Assembly (NCBI GenBank): GCA_963815195.1
Contig: CAWFGE010000023.1
Location: forward strand, 96,001 to 160,000
Direction of reading: 5' to 3'
From: an uncultured Planctomycetaceae bacterium
GTDB lineage: Bacteria; Planctomycetota; Planctomycetia; Planctomycetales; Planctomycetaceae
Length of the DNA stretch: 64,000 bases
In this document: positions 8,074 through 19,734 of the stretch, piece by piece
Position numbering within the stretch: the stretch's first letter is position 1
How the letters are laid out: each line of letters begins with the position of its first letter
Program-made: the position numbers and the translations under genes
The notes under the pieces: model-generated
What the model saw: only the letters and a program-made list of their open reading frames with translations
Told to the model about the DNA's origin: nothing
The model's database searches: none

Positions 8074-11000
8074 TCCCGCGTTACGAATTCGTCCATGTTC
8101 ATCATAATCCGCAGCGTGGCGACCCAGGCGGCGGTTTCATTCGGATCTGTCTCTTTCGGCGGTTCGGGGCCGATGAGTTTTTTCGCGGCCTCGGTTTGAT
8201 TCTTGTAATAAGCCCGGCTCGCCTCCAAGAGTTCCCGGTAGGATTTTAGTTCGTCCTCCGCCGGCGGGCGGGCGACGCACAACCGGAAGGCGCGGGTCAA
8301 GCGGGAATCGTCATTAGGATGTTTTTCGGTCAGCACTCGGCGGGCCATCGCCTGGGCCGATTCCACGAACACCATATTGTTCAATGTGGTCAATGCCATC
8401 AGCGGGGTGTTGGAAGTTCGGCGTTCCACCGTCGTCGTGTTGGCGTCCGGGCAGTCGAAGGTCATCAGGTTGGGATAAGGGGCCGTGCGTTTGAAGAACG
8501 TATACATCCCCCGCCGATGCCGGTCCTCGCCTTCGCTCGTGTTCCATTTGAAGTTGTTGGCATAACTCAGGGCTGCAACGTCGGAGGGCATGGGCGGGAA
8601 GACGCTGGGGCCGCCGACTTTCTTCGAGAGCAAACCCGAAGCCGCGAGGAAGATGTCGCGAACGATCTCCGCCTCGACGCGGAAGCGGTTCTGGCGGGAG
8701 AGCAGTTTGTTCTGTGGATCGATCTCGGCCAATTCGGGCCGATGCCGGGACGATTGCCGATACGTCGCGGACATCACGATGGAGCGGATCATTGCCTTGC
8801 GGCTCCAACCGAGTTCGCGGTATTTCGTCGCCAGGTGATCGAGCAGCAGCGGATGCGTGGGCTTCTCGCCGCGGAGGCCGAAGTCGTTCATCGTGCTCAC
8901 CAAACCCTGGCCGAACAGGTGCTGCCAGATTTGGTTGACCAACACCCGGCCGGTGAGCGGATTGTCATCGGCCATCAGCCAGTTGGCGAAGTCCAACCGG
9001 TCCGGCGGAGACTTGGGATTTCGGGATGGAATGGCGGGCAAGACGGCGGGCGTGTCCGGCGGGACTTCCCCCTGCGGCTGCAAGAAATCCCCGCGCCTTA
9101 AAATGTGCGTCGTCCGGGGCGAGGTGGTTCGCTGGCTCAACACCCGCACGGCCATGTTCGGACTTTTCGGGCGCGTTTTTCCAGTTCGGTGAGTTGCAGT
9201 TTGAGCTTCTGGGCTTCTTCATCTTGCGAGGCGTAAAAACTCAAAAGCGTTTCCGTTTGCTCTTTGGTGCGATCTTTGGGAGCGACGGTGAGGATTTCGC
9301 GGATCTGTTTGGGGATGCCCGCTCCGGGAACGCTGCCGGTGCGAGCCTGGAGTTTGAACCGGCCGATCGTGTGCTGCTGGCCGTATTGATGATCGAGTTC
9401 GATCTTCAGAAATGTTTCTTCGCCCATTGCCATAACGGGCTTCGCGGCCCGAAACACGGCCCAATGCGACTTGCCGAATTGGGGGAAACCGCCCAGCCTT
9501 TTTTGGGATCGGACTTGGTTTTGAGCGCCAATTTGGGATCGAACCCGTTCTGGGCGAAGTCGGCCTCCGCGTCCGTGAGTTCCATCCGTTTCGCATGCTG
9601 CAGGCTTTGCGACTGATCGGTAAAAACGCGAATCTCGCTGAGCACAAAATTCCCATGCGCCACCCGCCCGGGACCGCCCGCGGGCAGGCGTTTGTCAGAA
9701 AGCACATCGAGCCGGACGCCCGTCAAACCCGTGACCGGCACCTTGGCGATGATCGTGTAAAGATCGGTTGCGGGATTCTTGCCGGTGACGAGATACGAGC
9801 CGTCCTCCTGCCGGACCAGCTTGGCTCCCGATTGCGTCTTGGCTTCGAGGACGTCCAGCTCATGAAACGCCACCGCGGATTTGGGTTCGTTTTCGAGTTG
9901 CTTTTTCAGCTTGGCTTCCCACTCGGGCAGGGTCTTCGAAAGCTCGGCTTTGCGGGCTTCGAACTTGGCTTTCTGGTCTTCGACGAGTTTGTCGTGGATG
10001 GCTTTTTGCGTTTCGTAGCGGAGGGCGGCCTCGTCGCTGATGGGCACGTTCGTGTTCGTCTCATCCGCGTTGTTGAAGAATGCGAAGAGCTGATAGAACT
10101 CCGCCTGCGAGAGTGGATCGTACTTATGGGAATGGCAGCGGGCGCAGCCCACCGTGAGGCCCAGCCAAACCGTGCCGGTCGTGTTCACGCGATCGACCAC
10201 CGCTTCTACGCGGAACTCTTCCTGATCGGTCCCGCCTTCGGTGTTGGTCAACGTCTGCCGGTGAAACGCTGTCGCCAGTTGGTCCATCGGCGTCGCCTCC
10301 TTGAGTAAGTCGCCGGCCAACTGCTCGCGGGTGAATTGATCGAAAGGCATGTCGGCGTTGATCGCCTCGATCACCCAATCGCGATACCGCCAGGCGTTCG
10401 GCCGCGGGCGGTCTTTTTCGTAGCCGTCGGAGTCGGCATAGCGGGCCTTGTCGAGCCAATGCCGGCCCCAGCGCTCGCCGAAGTGCGGCGATTCGAGCAG
10501 CCGATCCACCAGCTTCGCGTAAGCGTCTTCGGACGGATCGCTCAGGAAGGCATCCGCCTCTTCCGGCGTAGGCGGCAGGCCGACGAGATCATAAGACAAG
10601 CGTTTGATGAGCGTGTAACGCTCCGCCTCCGGCGATGGGGCGAGGCCCTCTTTCTCCAAACGGGCCAAGACGAACCGGTCTAAATCGTTCCGCACCCACG
10701 CGGCGTTTTTCACTTGGGGTGGCGGGGGATTTTCGATCGGTCGAAAGGCCCAATGATCGGATTTGACGACGAGCCGGGATCCATCGTCGGGCCATTTCGC
10801 GCCCTGATCGATCCAGCGTTTGATGAGGGCGAGTTGGTTTTTGGAAAGCGGTTTGTTTTTCTCGCCGGCGGGCGGCATGCGGACGGATTCATCGCCGGCC
10901 GAGACCCGCGAATAGATTTCGCTCTTCTCGCTTTTGCCGGCGGTGAGCAGCGGCCCCGAATCGCCGCCGCGGAGAGCCGTCGCCCGGTGATCGAGCCGCA

Positions 11001-11214
11001 GTCCGCCTTCCTGCTTGTCGGGGCCGTGGCATTTCTGGCAGTGGGCCTGGAAGATCGGCCGGACGTCGCGGCCAAAGTCCACGGCATCGGATTGAACCTT
11101 ATCGTCGGCGGGTTTCGCGTCATCCGCCGACAGGCCGGATTTCAGCGACCAGCCCAGCGTCAAGGTGGCGGCGAACACGATCCAGCAAAAAATAAAGTTA
11201 CGACGAGTTCGCAT
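8070..11214 (-). CDS. PSD1 / planctomycete cytochrome c (DUF1549+DUF1553) protein; 2 apparent frameshifts
   Basis: Signal peptide, CQKCH and CARCH heme motifs, HFGERWGRHWLDKARYADS, then DUF1553 motifs. Split over ORFs 9406-11214, 9137-9457 and 8070-9155. Adding one base in a C run (~9481) and one in an A run (~9176) restores a single frame. Confidence 0.88.
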
Positions 11215-11450
11215 GACCCACTCCCGGAGGTTTTAAGGAGACGGCAAACAGGTAGGACATCGAGGCGGGCTCGTGGTGTTTTTCATCGAACCGGCGGGCC
11301 GCGGGCGGCTCGTTGCCGAGGCGACCGAAACCGGCCGACTGAAACTCAATTATCCCAATGCACCCCAGGATCGCAAGGCCGGCGGATTGGGCGGCACATC
11401 CCTGAGCGCAGCGAAGAGCGTGACGACCGCGAAGACCACGCAAAATCGCC

Positions 11451-12842
11451 CTATGAAGCTTTCCTGGTTTCCGCCGGCAAACCGGGCCAATCTTCGGACG
11501 CGGCCGGTGTCAGCGGCAGGGCGATGGGGATCGTCTCCAAACCGGGGGCGAGTGGTTCCGGCCGCTGGGCGGGCGTGTCGCTGATGCGCTGGATATTCGC
11601 CCCCAAATAGTTGAGCTTGGCTTCCAGTCGGTCGTAGCCCCGGTCGAGATGGTAAATCCGGCGGATGACGGTTTCGCCCTCCGCTTGAAGGCCGGCGATC
11701 ACGAGGGCCGCACTCGCCCGCAGATCGGACGCCATGACCGAGGCTCCGCTCAGACGCGGGCTCCCGGTGAGGATCGCGCTCGGCCCCTCCCGGCGGATCT
11801 GCGCCCCCAGGCGGACCAGTTCGGGGGCGTGCAGGAAACGGTCGGGGAAGACCTTGTCCGTGACCACGCTGATTCCCTCCGCCCGCATGAGCAACGCCAT
11901 GAGTTGGGCCTGCACGTCGGTGGGAATCCCCGGATAGGGTTGGGCCACGCAGTCCGCCGGCCTGAGCGGGCCTTCGCTGCGTACGGAAACCGTGCCCCGA
12001 GGCGTTGGTTCGATGAGGACGCCGATCTCGCGAAGCTTCTCGACGATCGCGGTCATGTGGGCCAGGTCGACGTGCTCGAGTTCGATGTCTCCGCCCGTCG
12101 CCGCGGCGGCGATCATCAAGGTCGCGGCTTCGATGCGGTCGGGGATGACCGCATGCGAAACGCCCTCCAGTTTCTCCACGCCTTCGATCTTCAAAAATGG
12201 CGTTCCCAATCCCGCGATCTTCGCGCCCATCGCATTTAAAAATCGGCCCAGATCAACGACCTCCGGCTCGCAGGCGGCGGCTTCGATTGTGGTCGTTCCT
12301 TCCGCCAAGGCCGCGGCGGCCATCACATTGCAGGTCCCGGTGACCGTGCTGCCGAAGGGTCCGCCCAGGAAAATGTTCGCGCCCTGAAGACGCTTCGCCT
12401 CGGCCACGACGTAGCCCCGCTGCACGTGGATGTCGGCTCCCAAGGCTTTGAGGCCTTTGAGGTGCAGATCGATCGGCCGGTCGCCGATGTTGCAGCCGCC
12501 GGGCAGCGACACACAGGCCCGGCCGCGCTTCGCCAACAAGGGGCCGAGCACGCACACGCTGGCTCGCATCCGTCGGACGAGATCATACGCCGCGATCGAA
12601 GAGGATTCGTCCTCGACTTCCAGCCGGAGTGTTCCGTCGGTAAGCCGCTCCACATCAACGCCCAACGACCGCAGGAGCTGCGAAAGCGTGTCCACATCCA
12701 CCAAGGGCGGGACGTTTCGCAACGTCACGGGTCCCTCCGCGCCGAGGGCACAGGCCATGATCGGCAGGGCCGCGTTTTTGGCCCCGCTGACCGCAGCGGT
12801 CCCCCGAAGCGGGGATCCTCCTTGGACCACGAACATGTCCAT
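11451..12842 (-). CDS. murA: UDP-N-acetylglucosamine 1-carboxyvinyltransferase
   Basis: [32 protein letters not shown] (catalytic Cys present), [38 protein letters not shown] before the ATG at 12842. Confidence 0.96.
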   Translation of the reverse strand: MDMFVVQGGSPLRGTAAVSGAKNAALPIMACALGAEGPVTLRNVPPLVDVDTLSQLLRSLGVDVERLTDGTLRLEVEDESSSIAAYDLVRRMRASVCVLGPLLAKRGRACVSLPGGCNIGDRPIDLHLKGLKALGADIHVQRGYVVAEAKRLQGANIFLGGPFGSTVTGTCNVMAAAALAEGTTTIEAAACEPEVVDLGRFLNAMGAKIAGLGTPFLKIEGVEKLEGVSHAVIPDRIEAATLMIAAAATGGDIELEHVDLAHMTAIVEKLREIGVLIEPTPRGTVSVRSEGPLRPADCVAQPYPGIPTDVQAQLMALLMRAEGISVVTDKVFPDRFLHAPELVRLGAQIRREGPSAILTGSPRLSGASVMASDLRASAALVIAGLQAEGETVIRRIYHLDRGYDRLEAKLNYLGANIQRISDTPAQRPEPLAPGLETIPIALPLTPAASEDWPGLPAETRKAS

Positions 12843-13045
12843 CCTTGAACTCCCTCCTCGGGATCTTCCCCATGTGGTTTGCGCCGCGGAGTACCATACC
12901 CGATTCGCACCCGGCTGGCGAGGGAAAATCTTTGAGCACCGGGCCGGCTGCATTTTCTCATTTTGCCCTGAAGTTCGGGGATGGGCTATAATTGAGAACG
13001 AGAGTCACGTGGGAATTGTGCTTGCGTTCCAGTGGGAGATGCCTT

Positions 13046-14760
13046 ATGTCCGCAGCCACGCCGCCTTGGGTGGACGGGTTGACGATCGGCCAAATGCTCC
13101 GCGAGAGCACCCGCCGCTTGGGCGATCGCGAGGCGCTCGTTTTCCCCCGATTGAAACCGGACGAATCGCCCCGCGAACCGGGCGAGGCGGGCGATTGTTT
13201 CCGCTTGAGTTTTCGCGAACTGGACATGCGGGTCGATCAGGTCGCGCGGGCGCTGTTGGCGCTTGGACTTCAAAAAGGTGAGCACGTCGCGGTCTGGGCG
13301 ACGAACTGGCCCCGCTGGGTGCTGCTCCAATTCGCGACCGCGCGGATCGGGGCGGTGCTGGTCACGATCAACCCCGCGTACCGCAAAGCGGAACTGGCGT
13401 ACGTCCTCAAGCAGTCCGATGCGAGCGTCCTGTTTCTCGTCGATGAGTTCCGCCGCTCCAACTATTTCGCAATCCTGAAAGAAGCGATCCTCGAACTGGC
13501 CGCTGCGGACGGGCAGTCGCTGGCACTCGAACATTTTCCGAGACTCAAACACATCATCGCCATGAAAGGCCCGCGGGAGGCGGGAATCGTCCCCTGGGAC
13601 GAGTTCTTGTCCCAGGCGGACATCATCGCCCCGGAGCAACTCGCGGCCCGCGAGCGCGAACTGCGCCCGCCGAGCCGATCAATATTCAATACACGTCGGG
13701 AACGACCGGCTTTCCCAAAGGGGCGATGCTCACGCACCGGAATCTGCTTTTGAACGCGTTTTACATCGGCGACTGCCAGAAGCTTTCGACAGACGACCGC
13801 ATTTGCGTGCCGGTGCCGTTTTATCATTGCTTCGGCTGCGTCCTGGGCGTGCTTGCGGCGGCGGTGCACGGGGCGGCGATGATCGTGCCGGCGGAGTATT
13901 TCGATCCGCTCGCCACGTTGGACGCCAGCGAACACGAGCGGGCGACGGCGATCTATGGCGTGCCCACGATGTTCATCGCCCAGTTGGAGCACCCGAGTTT
14001 TCGGGGACGGGATTTGTCACCCTTGCGGACGGGCATCATGGCGGGCAGTCCCTGTCCGATCGAGGTCATGAAGCGCGTCGTCTCCGACATGGGGGCCGAG
14101 GAAATCACGATCGCCTACGGCCAGACCGAAGCCTCCCCGGTCATCACGCAGACGCGGACCAACGACCCGCTCGAACTCCGCGTGAACACGGTGGGCCGGC
14201 CGATCCCGGGGATTGAAGTCAAGATCGTGGATCCCATCACCGGCGCGGCGCTGGGTGACGGCCGGCCGGGGGAACTTTGCACGCGCGGGCATGTGGTGAT
14301 GCTCGGCTATTACAACAATCCGGAGGCCACGCGTGAGGCGATCGACAAGGACGGCTGGCTGCACACGGGCGACCTGGCGGTCCGCCAAGCCGACGGCTAT
14401 TACCGCATCACGGGACGGATCAAAGACATGATCTGCCGCGGCGGCGAGAACATTTATCCCCGCGAGATCGAAGAGTTCCTGTATACGCATCCGGCGGTGC
14501 AGGACGTGGCGATCGTGGGAGTGCCGGACCCCAAGTTCGTGGAAGAGGTCGCCGCGTGGATTCGCTTGAAAGAAGGCAGCCAAACCACCGAAGACGACAT
14601 CCGCGCCTATTGCAAAGCGAACCTCGCGCACTACAAGGTCCCCAAGTACGTGCGGTTTGTCGCGGAATTTCCGCAAACCGTGACGGGGAAGATTCAGAAA
14701 TACCGCATTCGTGATATGATGATCCAGGAACTAGGCCTGAAAGAAGCCGAAACCGCATGA
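13046..14760 (+). CDS. AMP-binding protein / fatty-acyl-CoA synthetase; 1 apparent frameshift (~13668)
   Basis: [12 protein letters not shown] lies in ORF 12992-13753. [42 protein letters not shown] and TGKIQK lie in the next frame. One extra C joins them. Confidence 0.9.
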
Positions 14761-14811
14761 ACGACGCAGTTTTCAGGTTTCCGTTTTCGGTTGTTGAAAG
14801 GACAAATTCTA

Positions 14812-15054
14812 ATGAAATTGGTTTTTCGCGGCGGTTTATGGGATGGCGTTGAGTTGGAAACCCGCTTTGTTCCGCAGGAAATCCGCTTGAACGGGGTGAT
14901 TATCGACGACTCGGTTCAGGAAGAGGGTGTGATGCCGTCGCTGCGAAAGACCGTGTTGATGTCCCGCGTGGGCAAGCACCGCTACGAACTGGACGAGTTC
15001 GAAGGCCCCAACGAAGAGGTGGCCATCTACATCTACGAAGATACGTCGCAGTAA
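14812..15054 (+). CDS. Small hypothetical protein (FxGGxxDG N-terminal motif)
   Basis: 80-aa ORF MKLVFRGGLWDG... fills the gap between the synthetase and a convergent gene. Protein-like composition. Confidence 0.55.
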   Translation: MKLVFRGGLWDGVELETRFVPQEIRLNGVIIDDSVQEEGVMPSLRKTVLMSRVGKHRYELDEFEGPNEEVAIYIYEDTSQ

Positions 15055-15061
15055 GCGCGGC

Positions 15062-15631
15062 TTACTTTGGCCACTCGGCCGCCGGGTCGAAATTGACCAT
15101 CGGATCCGCCGGCTGCTTGGGAATCTGCGGACGAAGATAAGGCTTGTCGGAGGCTTTGTGGCAGGCGTAGCAGTTTTCGAGCGTAAACTTGTAGGCCGCC
15201 ACGAATCGTTCCCGGTCCTTTGCTTTGATCGCCTGCTCCAACTCCTTGAGCGGGCTGTTTTCGACGGCTTGCAATATCGCTTGCAGCTTGACCTCTTTCC
15301 CGGCCCCGTCTTTGCGGACGGGGATGATCCGCACCGCCCAGCGCAAATGGGACCGCGTTTCGTTCCAATAGAACTGGGCGAGCGGCCAGTTCTCCGCCTG
15401 GCCGGCAAACCACATATTGTTGAAATGATAGGCCACGCTGGTCATCGCGTGCGCCTGGTCCGAGGCCTTGTCCTTCAGCTGCCCGACCTCAGATTGAAGG
15501 TCGGCGAGATTCGGAGCTTTCTGCGCCCGATCCTGGGCCTGAATGGAACCGCGCTCCGGGGAAGCCGTCAGCCAAATTGCGATCAAGGCCCCCATCAGAC
15601 ACAGACCGGCCCCTTGAGCATATTTCTTCAT
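15062..15631 (-). CDS. Exported monoheme c-type cytochrome (helical-bundle, cytochrome c'-like)
   Basis: N-terminal hydrophobic signal, helical body, single CYACH heme motif near the C-terminus. Confidence 0.7.
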   Translation of the reverse strand: MKKYAQGAGLCLMGALIAIWLTASPERGSIQAQDRAQKAPNLADLQSEVGQLKDKASDQAHAMTSVAYHFNNMWFAGQAENWPLAQFYWNETRSHLRWAVRIIPVRKDGAGKEVKLQAILQAVENSPLKELEQAIKAKDRERFVAAYKFTLENCYACHKASDKPYLRPQIPKQPADPMVNFDPAAEWPK

Positions 15632-15981
15632 TTCAGTCGCTCCCAAAACAAGGTTGAAAGATTTGTGTTGACCAATTATCAGCCGGAACCCCCTACGGTC
15701 GGGTTGTCACGACCGGCTCGTCATTGCCTTGTCCGCGATCACATCGCCCGCCGCCGTGCGGGAGTGGAGTGGAGGGGAAAAGCTCCCCGACGTTTCTTAT
15801 CCTGTCTCACCTCGGCGGATTATTCAATTCCCGCAGCATGAGGAGTCGCTAATGAACGGCGACGCATTCCGGGAAAGTCAAAGTCCGGGCGGTGTTATCC
15901 GCGGTTCATTCCTTTTCGCGTTTGCTTCGTGGTATCCTGGGGGCCGGTCGCGATGACACTTTCACTTTGGGGAGGAACGCC

Positions 15982-17187
15982 ATGAAATCGATTGCCTGGG
16001 GTTTGGGGCTGTTGGGTTTGGTTTCTTTCGGGGCGTTGCATGCCGTGTCCGGGCGCGAGGCGGGCGACTCGGCCGGGATGAAGTTGCCGGGAGCCAGGGT
16101 GGAAATCGATGCGGCCCAGTTTCCCAGCCTGCAAGCCGCCTTGGATGCGCTGCCCGGAGAAGGCGGCATCGTGCGTTTGCCGCCGGGCACGTTTGAAATC
16201 CAAACGCCTCTGGTGCTCCGGCGGGGCGATGTGCTCCTCGAAGGCTCCGGGACCGCGACCCACATCAAGAACACGAATCAGAACGGCCAGCCCGCGCTGG
16301 TCCTCGAACATCCCAAAGGCGACCAGGCCAAAAACGATGAGCGGCTCTGGCGGATCGAGTTGTCCAACCTCCGCATCACCGGCAACGACAAAAGCGGCCC
16401 CGGCCTCGTCGCCAAGCGGATCAACGAAATCTTTCTCCACGGCGTCACGGTGAGCTATCACGGCGGCGACGGGCTTGTGCTCGACCACTGCTACGAAGAC
16501 CCGCGGATCTCCAGTTGCCTCATCACCTACAACAAAGGCACGGGGCTGAACCTGCTCGGCTGCCACGACATCGTCGTGTCGGCCAATCAGTTTGAAGAAA
16601 ACCAGGATGCTCTCCATTGCATCGATAGCTTCAACCTCTGCATGACCGGCAACTGCCTGGACGACCATTTGGGGCACGGCGCGGTGATCGAGAACACCTA
16701 CGGCTCGGTCGTGTCGGGCAACATGATCGAGGAATGTGGCGGCACCGCGCTCATCATGGACCGAGATTGCTACGGCAACACGGTGAGTGCGAACGTCATC
16801 GCGCACAACGGAGCCGGGGTGGATCTTCGCGACGCCCACGGCTGCGCGGTGAGCGCGAATACCTTCACCATCAATAAGGCCTTCGGGGCCCGCGTGGGTT
16901 CGGGGAGCGGGCGGATTACGCTGACGGGCAATAACTTTTCCAACAGCTATCTCGGCGAAGGCAAAGTCCGCCGGGCGACGACGGATCTCGCCGCCGGCGG
17001 TTTGCAGCTCGAAGGCACGACCGACGTGGCGGTGGTCGGCAACGTGTTCGCCGGCGTGCGCCCCAAAGCCGTGGAGCTTCCAGGCGACCAAAGCCAGCGC
17101 GTAAACTTCAGCGACAACGTGCTCACCGATGTCACCAGCGACCACGGCCAACTCCAGCGGTCGCTCGCCGAGGGCAACTTGGAATAG
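15982..17187 (+). CDS. Secreted right-handed parallel beta-helix (NosD/pectin-lyase-like) protein
   Basis: GGAGG RBS, signal peptide, SLQAALDALPGEGGIVRLPPGTF, repeated VSGN/VSAN/LTGN coils. Confidence 0.8.
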   Translation: MKSIAWGLGLLGLVSFGALHAVSGREAGDSAGMKLPGARVEIDAAQFPSLQAALDALPGEGGIVRLPPGTFEIQTPLVLRRGDVLLEGSGTATHIKNTNQNGQPALVLEHPKGDQAKNDERLWRIELSNLRITGNDKSGPGLVAKRINEIFLHGVTVSYHGGDGLVLDHCYEDPRISSCLITYNKGTGLNLLGCHDIVVSANQFEENQDALHCIDSFNLCMTGNCLDDHLGHGAVIENTYGSVVSGNMIEECGGTALIMDRDCYGNTVSANVIAHNGAGVDLRDAHGCAVSANTFTINKAFGARVGSGSGRITLTGNNFSNSYLGEGKVRRATTDLAAGGLQLEGTTDVAVVGNVFAGVRPKAVELPGDQSQRVNFSDNVLTDVTSDHGQLQRSLAEGNLE

Positions 17188-17205
17188 CATTTCTCGAAGC
17201 ACATA

Positions 17206-17295
17206 GGCGAGCGGCCAGCGTAAGCCGGCTGATTCTGTCCAAATTCCAGTCCGTTGTCATTGTAATCATCATGGGGCTTACGCCCCACGCTCGCC
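17206..17295. repeat. REP-like inverted pair
   Basis: Left arm ggcgagcggccagcgtaagccggctgat versus reverse complement of the right arm, ggcgagcgtggggcgtaagccccatgat. Confidence 0.7.
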
Positions 17296-17318
17296 CCAAT
17301 GTGAGACACGAATAGCGC

Positions 17319-18908
17319 ATGCAGCATCTGGATGTCTTCGATTACACCGTCGTCGCGGTCTACCTGCTCGGCACGATTGGGCTGGGGTTGTGGATGGGCC
17401 GGCGGATTCGCGTGGGGAGCGATTTTTTTCTCGCCGGCCGCAGCCTGCCCTGGTGGGCGGTCGGCATGTCCTTGGTCGCGACGGACATCGGCGGGACCGA
17501 TATCGTCGGCGTCGGCGGGGCGGCGTATGCCCACGGGCTGGCCGTCGGGAACTTTGAATGGATCGGCTGCGTGCCCGCCATGATCGTGGCCGCGTTCTTG
17601 TTCATCCCGCACTTCTGGCGATGCGGCGTGACGACGATCCCAGAGTTCCTGGAAAAGCGGTTCAACGTCGGCGTGCGCTCTGCGCTTGCGGCGTGCTGGT
17701 TGATCTTCATGGCCTGCAATCTCGGCGTGATGCTCTTGGTCTCCGCCAAGATGATGAGCGCCGTCATCGGCTGGAACACCGCGTTTTCCATTTGGATCAC
17801 GGCGGGGCTTGTGGGGATCTACACCTGCGCGGGGGGGCTCGCGGCCGTGGTTTATACCGATGTGATTCAAGGCGTGGTGATGATCGGCGGTTGTCTGTTA
17901 ATCGTGATTTTCGGCCTCGCGGACATCGGCGGCTTCGAGGAACTCCGCTCCGGACTCCGCGCTATCGAACAAGCTGAACTCGCCCAAACGAATGACGTCC
18001 CCGAATCCGCCGCGGAAACAGAACAAGCCGAGCCGCAGCATCTCTCGTTGATCTTGCCCGTGGATACGCCCACGCCGTTTCCCTGGACGGGGATTTTGTT
18101 CGGATTGGCGTTGATTCTCAGCCCGGCGTATTGGATCGGCAACCAGGCGATCGTACAGCGGTCGCTGGGCACGCGGTCCGCGTTTGAAGCCAAAGCCGCT
18201 TACATTTGGGGAGCGTTATTGAAGAACGTGATCCCGGTCATCATCGCGGTCCCGGGGTTGATCGCGCTCGTAAAATTTCCCGAATTGAAAGACGGCGACA
18301 AGGCCTTGCCTACCTTGGTGTCGCACCTCTTGCCCAGCGGACTGCGGGGGCTGTTCGTGGCGGCGTTTCTGGCGGCGCTCATGTCCAGCGTGGACTCTTA
18401 CCTCAATTCCGCGGCAACGATTTTGACCAACGACTTCTATCAGCGGTTCTTCCGCCGGGACGCGAGTGATCGGCAACTGCTGACGATCGGCCGTTGGACC
18501 ACAGTCGTCTTAGTGGGCTGGGCGATCGGATTCGCGTTTGTTATCGCCCGGTTGGATCAAGCCATCTATACGATCTTCCAAACGATGATGGCGATTTTCC
18601 AAGGCCCGGCCCTCGCGGTGCTGATGACCGGTCTCCTCTGGAAACGCGCCACGGGACCGGCGGCGCTTGCGGGATTTCTCGCGGGCATCGGCACCGCTGT
18701 GTTTTTGTATCTCACAACTTGGGAACCGGTGCTCCGTTGGCTCGAATGGAAGCCGCTTTTTCAAATCGGCGAGCCGTTTTTGTACTTCTCCGTGTGGGCG
18801 TTTTTGACGGCCCTCTCGGTCGTGGTCGTCATGAGTTTTCTCACCCCGCCCGAACCGGCCGAGAAGCAAGCCTTCGTGATTTCCCGCCAATCGAGGAAAG
18901 CCGCATGA
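17319..18908 (+). CDS. Sodium:solute symporter (SSS family)
   Basis: DFFLAGRSLPWW, TIPEFLEKRF, GGLAAVVYTDVIQ, QAIVQR, AALMSSVDS; many TM helices. Confidence 0.93.
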   Translation: MQHLDVFDYTVVAVYLLGTIGLGLWMGRRIRVGSDFFLAGRSLPWWAVGMSLVATDIGGTDIVGVGGAAYAHGLAVGNFEWIGCVPAMIVAAFLFIPHFWRCGVTTIPEFLEKRFNVGVRSALAACWLIFMACNLGVMLLVSAKMMSAVIGWNTAFSIWITAGLVGIYTCAGGLAAVVYTDVIQGVVMIGGCLLIVIFGLADIGGFEELRSGLRAIEQAELAQTNDVPESAAETEQAEPQHLSLILPVDTPTPFPWTGILFGLALILSPAYWIGNQAIVQRSLGTRSAFEAKAAYIWGALLKNVIPVIIAVPGLIALVKFPELKDGDKALPTLVSHLLPSGLRGLFVAAFLAALMSSVDSYLNSAATILTNDFYQRFFRRDASDRQLLTIGRWTTVVLVGWAIGFAFVIARLDQAIYTIFQTMMAIFQGPALAVLMTGLLWKRATGPAALAGFLAGIGTAVFLYLTTWEPVLRWLEWKPLFQIGEPFLYFSVWAFLTALSVVVVMSFLTPPEPAEKQAFVISRQSRKAA

Positions 18909-19138
18909 CTCCGCTCCACGAAATCGGCAATTTCATCCGCGATGGCCTCGCGCAAATTCCTCTGCCCGCCGTGCGGGGATTGTTCGTCCTGCTGCCGGCC
19001 GTGCTGTTGATTTGGGTGCTCCGGTTGCCGAGATCGGAAACCACGCCCGAGGGCCGCGAAAGCCGCTGGGACGAGAACCTCAAACTCTGGGCCGCCGCGG
19101 CACTGGTAATTCAAATTTTGATTTATAGTTTTGTATGA
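18905..19138 (+). CDS. Small 2-TM membrane protein translationally coupled to the SSS gene
   Basis: ATGA overlap with the SSS stop. 77 aa, MTPLHEIG...IQILIYSFV, with two hydrophobic segments. Confidence 0.7.
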   Translation: MTPLHEIGNFIRDGLAQIPLPAVRGLFVLLPAVLLIWVLRLPRSETTPEGRESRWDENLKLWAAAALVIQILIYSFV

Positions 19139-19178
19139 GTGAGTCGTCCGAGTGCTAGATCGCTGAACGATCGGCACG

Positions 19179-19661
19179 TCATCCGGCGTTCAATCGCCAG
19201 ATCGTGAAGTTCAATACGCTGGCGAAACTGACCCAGGCCAAATAGGGCACGAGCAACCAGCCGGCGAATGTCGATTCGCGAAAGAAAGCGACCGTTGTGC
19301 CGAGGATCGCCAGCCACAGGATGACGATCTCCGCAAACGCCCAGCCCGGCTGATGGGCGGCGAAAAAGATCCACGACCAAGCGATATTCATCAGGAGTTG
19401 AACAGCAAACAGCGTCAGCGGCATCGCCGCCGACCGGAAGCCTGCCTTTTTACAGACCAACCAGGCGGCAATCGCCATCAGCCCATACAGCGTCGTCCAC
19501 ACGGGGCCGAACACCCAATCGGGCGGATTCCAAGCCGGTTTCTCCAGCGTCTTGTACCAGCCTTCGATTTCCGGAGTGGTCGCCATCGCGCCCAGACCGC
19601 CGGCTCCCAGGCAAATTATCAGAAACATTATCAGGCCCAGCCAAATCGCGGGGGCTTTCAT
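19179..19661 (-). CDS. tspO: TspO/MBR family tryptophan-rich sensory protein
   Basis: [51 protein letters not shown]. Confidence 0.93.
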   Translation of the reverse strand: MKAPAIWLGLIMFLIICLGAGGLGAMATTPEIEGWYKTLEKPAWNPPDWVFGPVWTTLYGLMAIAAWLVCKKAGFRSAAMPLTLFAVQLLMNIAWSWIFFAAHQPGWAFAEIVILWLAILGTTVAFFRESTFAGWLLVPYLAWVSFASVLNFTIWRLNAG

Positions 19662-19734
19662 TTGGTCTCTCCTGGTGCACGCAAGTTTGCTGACGCCAAC
19701 TGAAGCGGGCAATCGGTCGTCCGGCGGCGCGCCA

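Noticed and set aside
11451..12842. murA in a planctomycete as a novelty
   Set aside because: Peptidoglycan synthesis in Planctomycetota is established.
15650..15980. Riboswitch/ncRNA in the long divergent intergenic region
   Set aside because: Only small hairpins are visible and I recognise no aptamer consensus; an Rfam scan would be needed.
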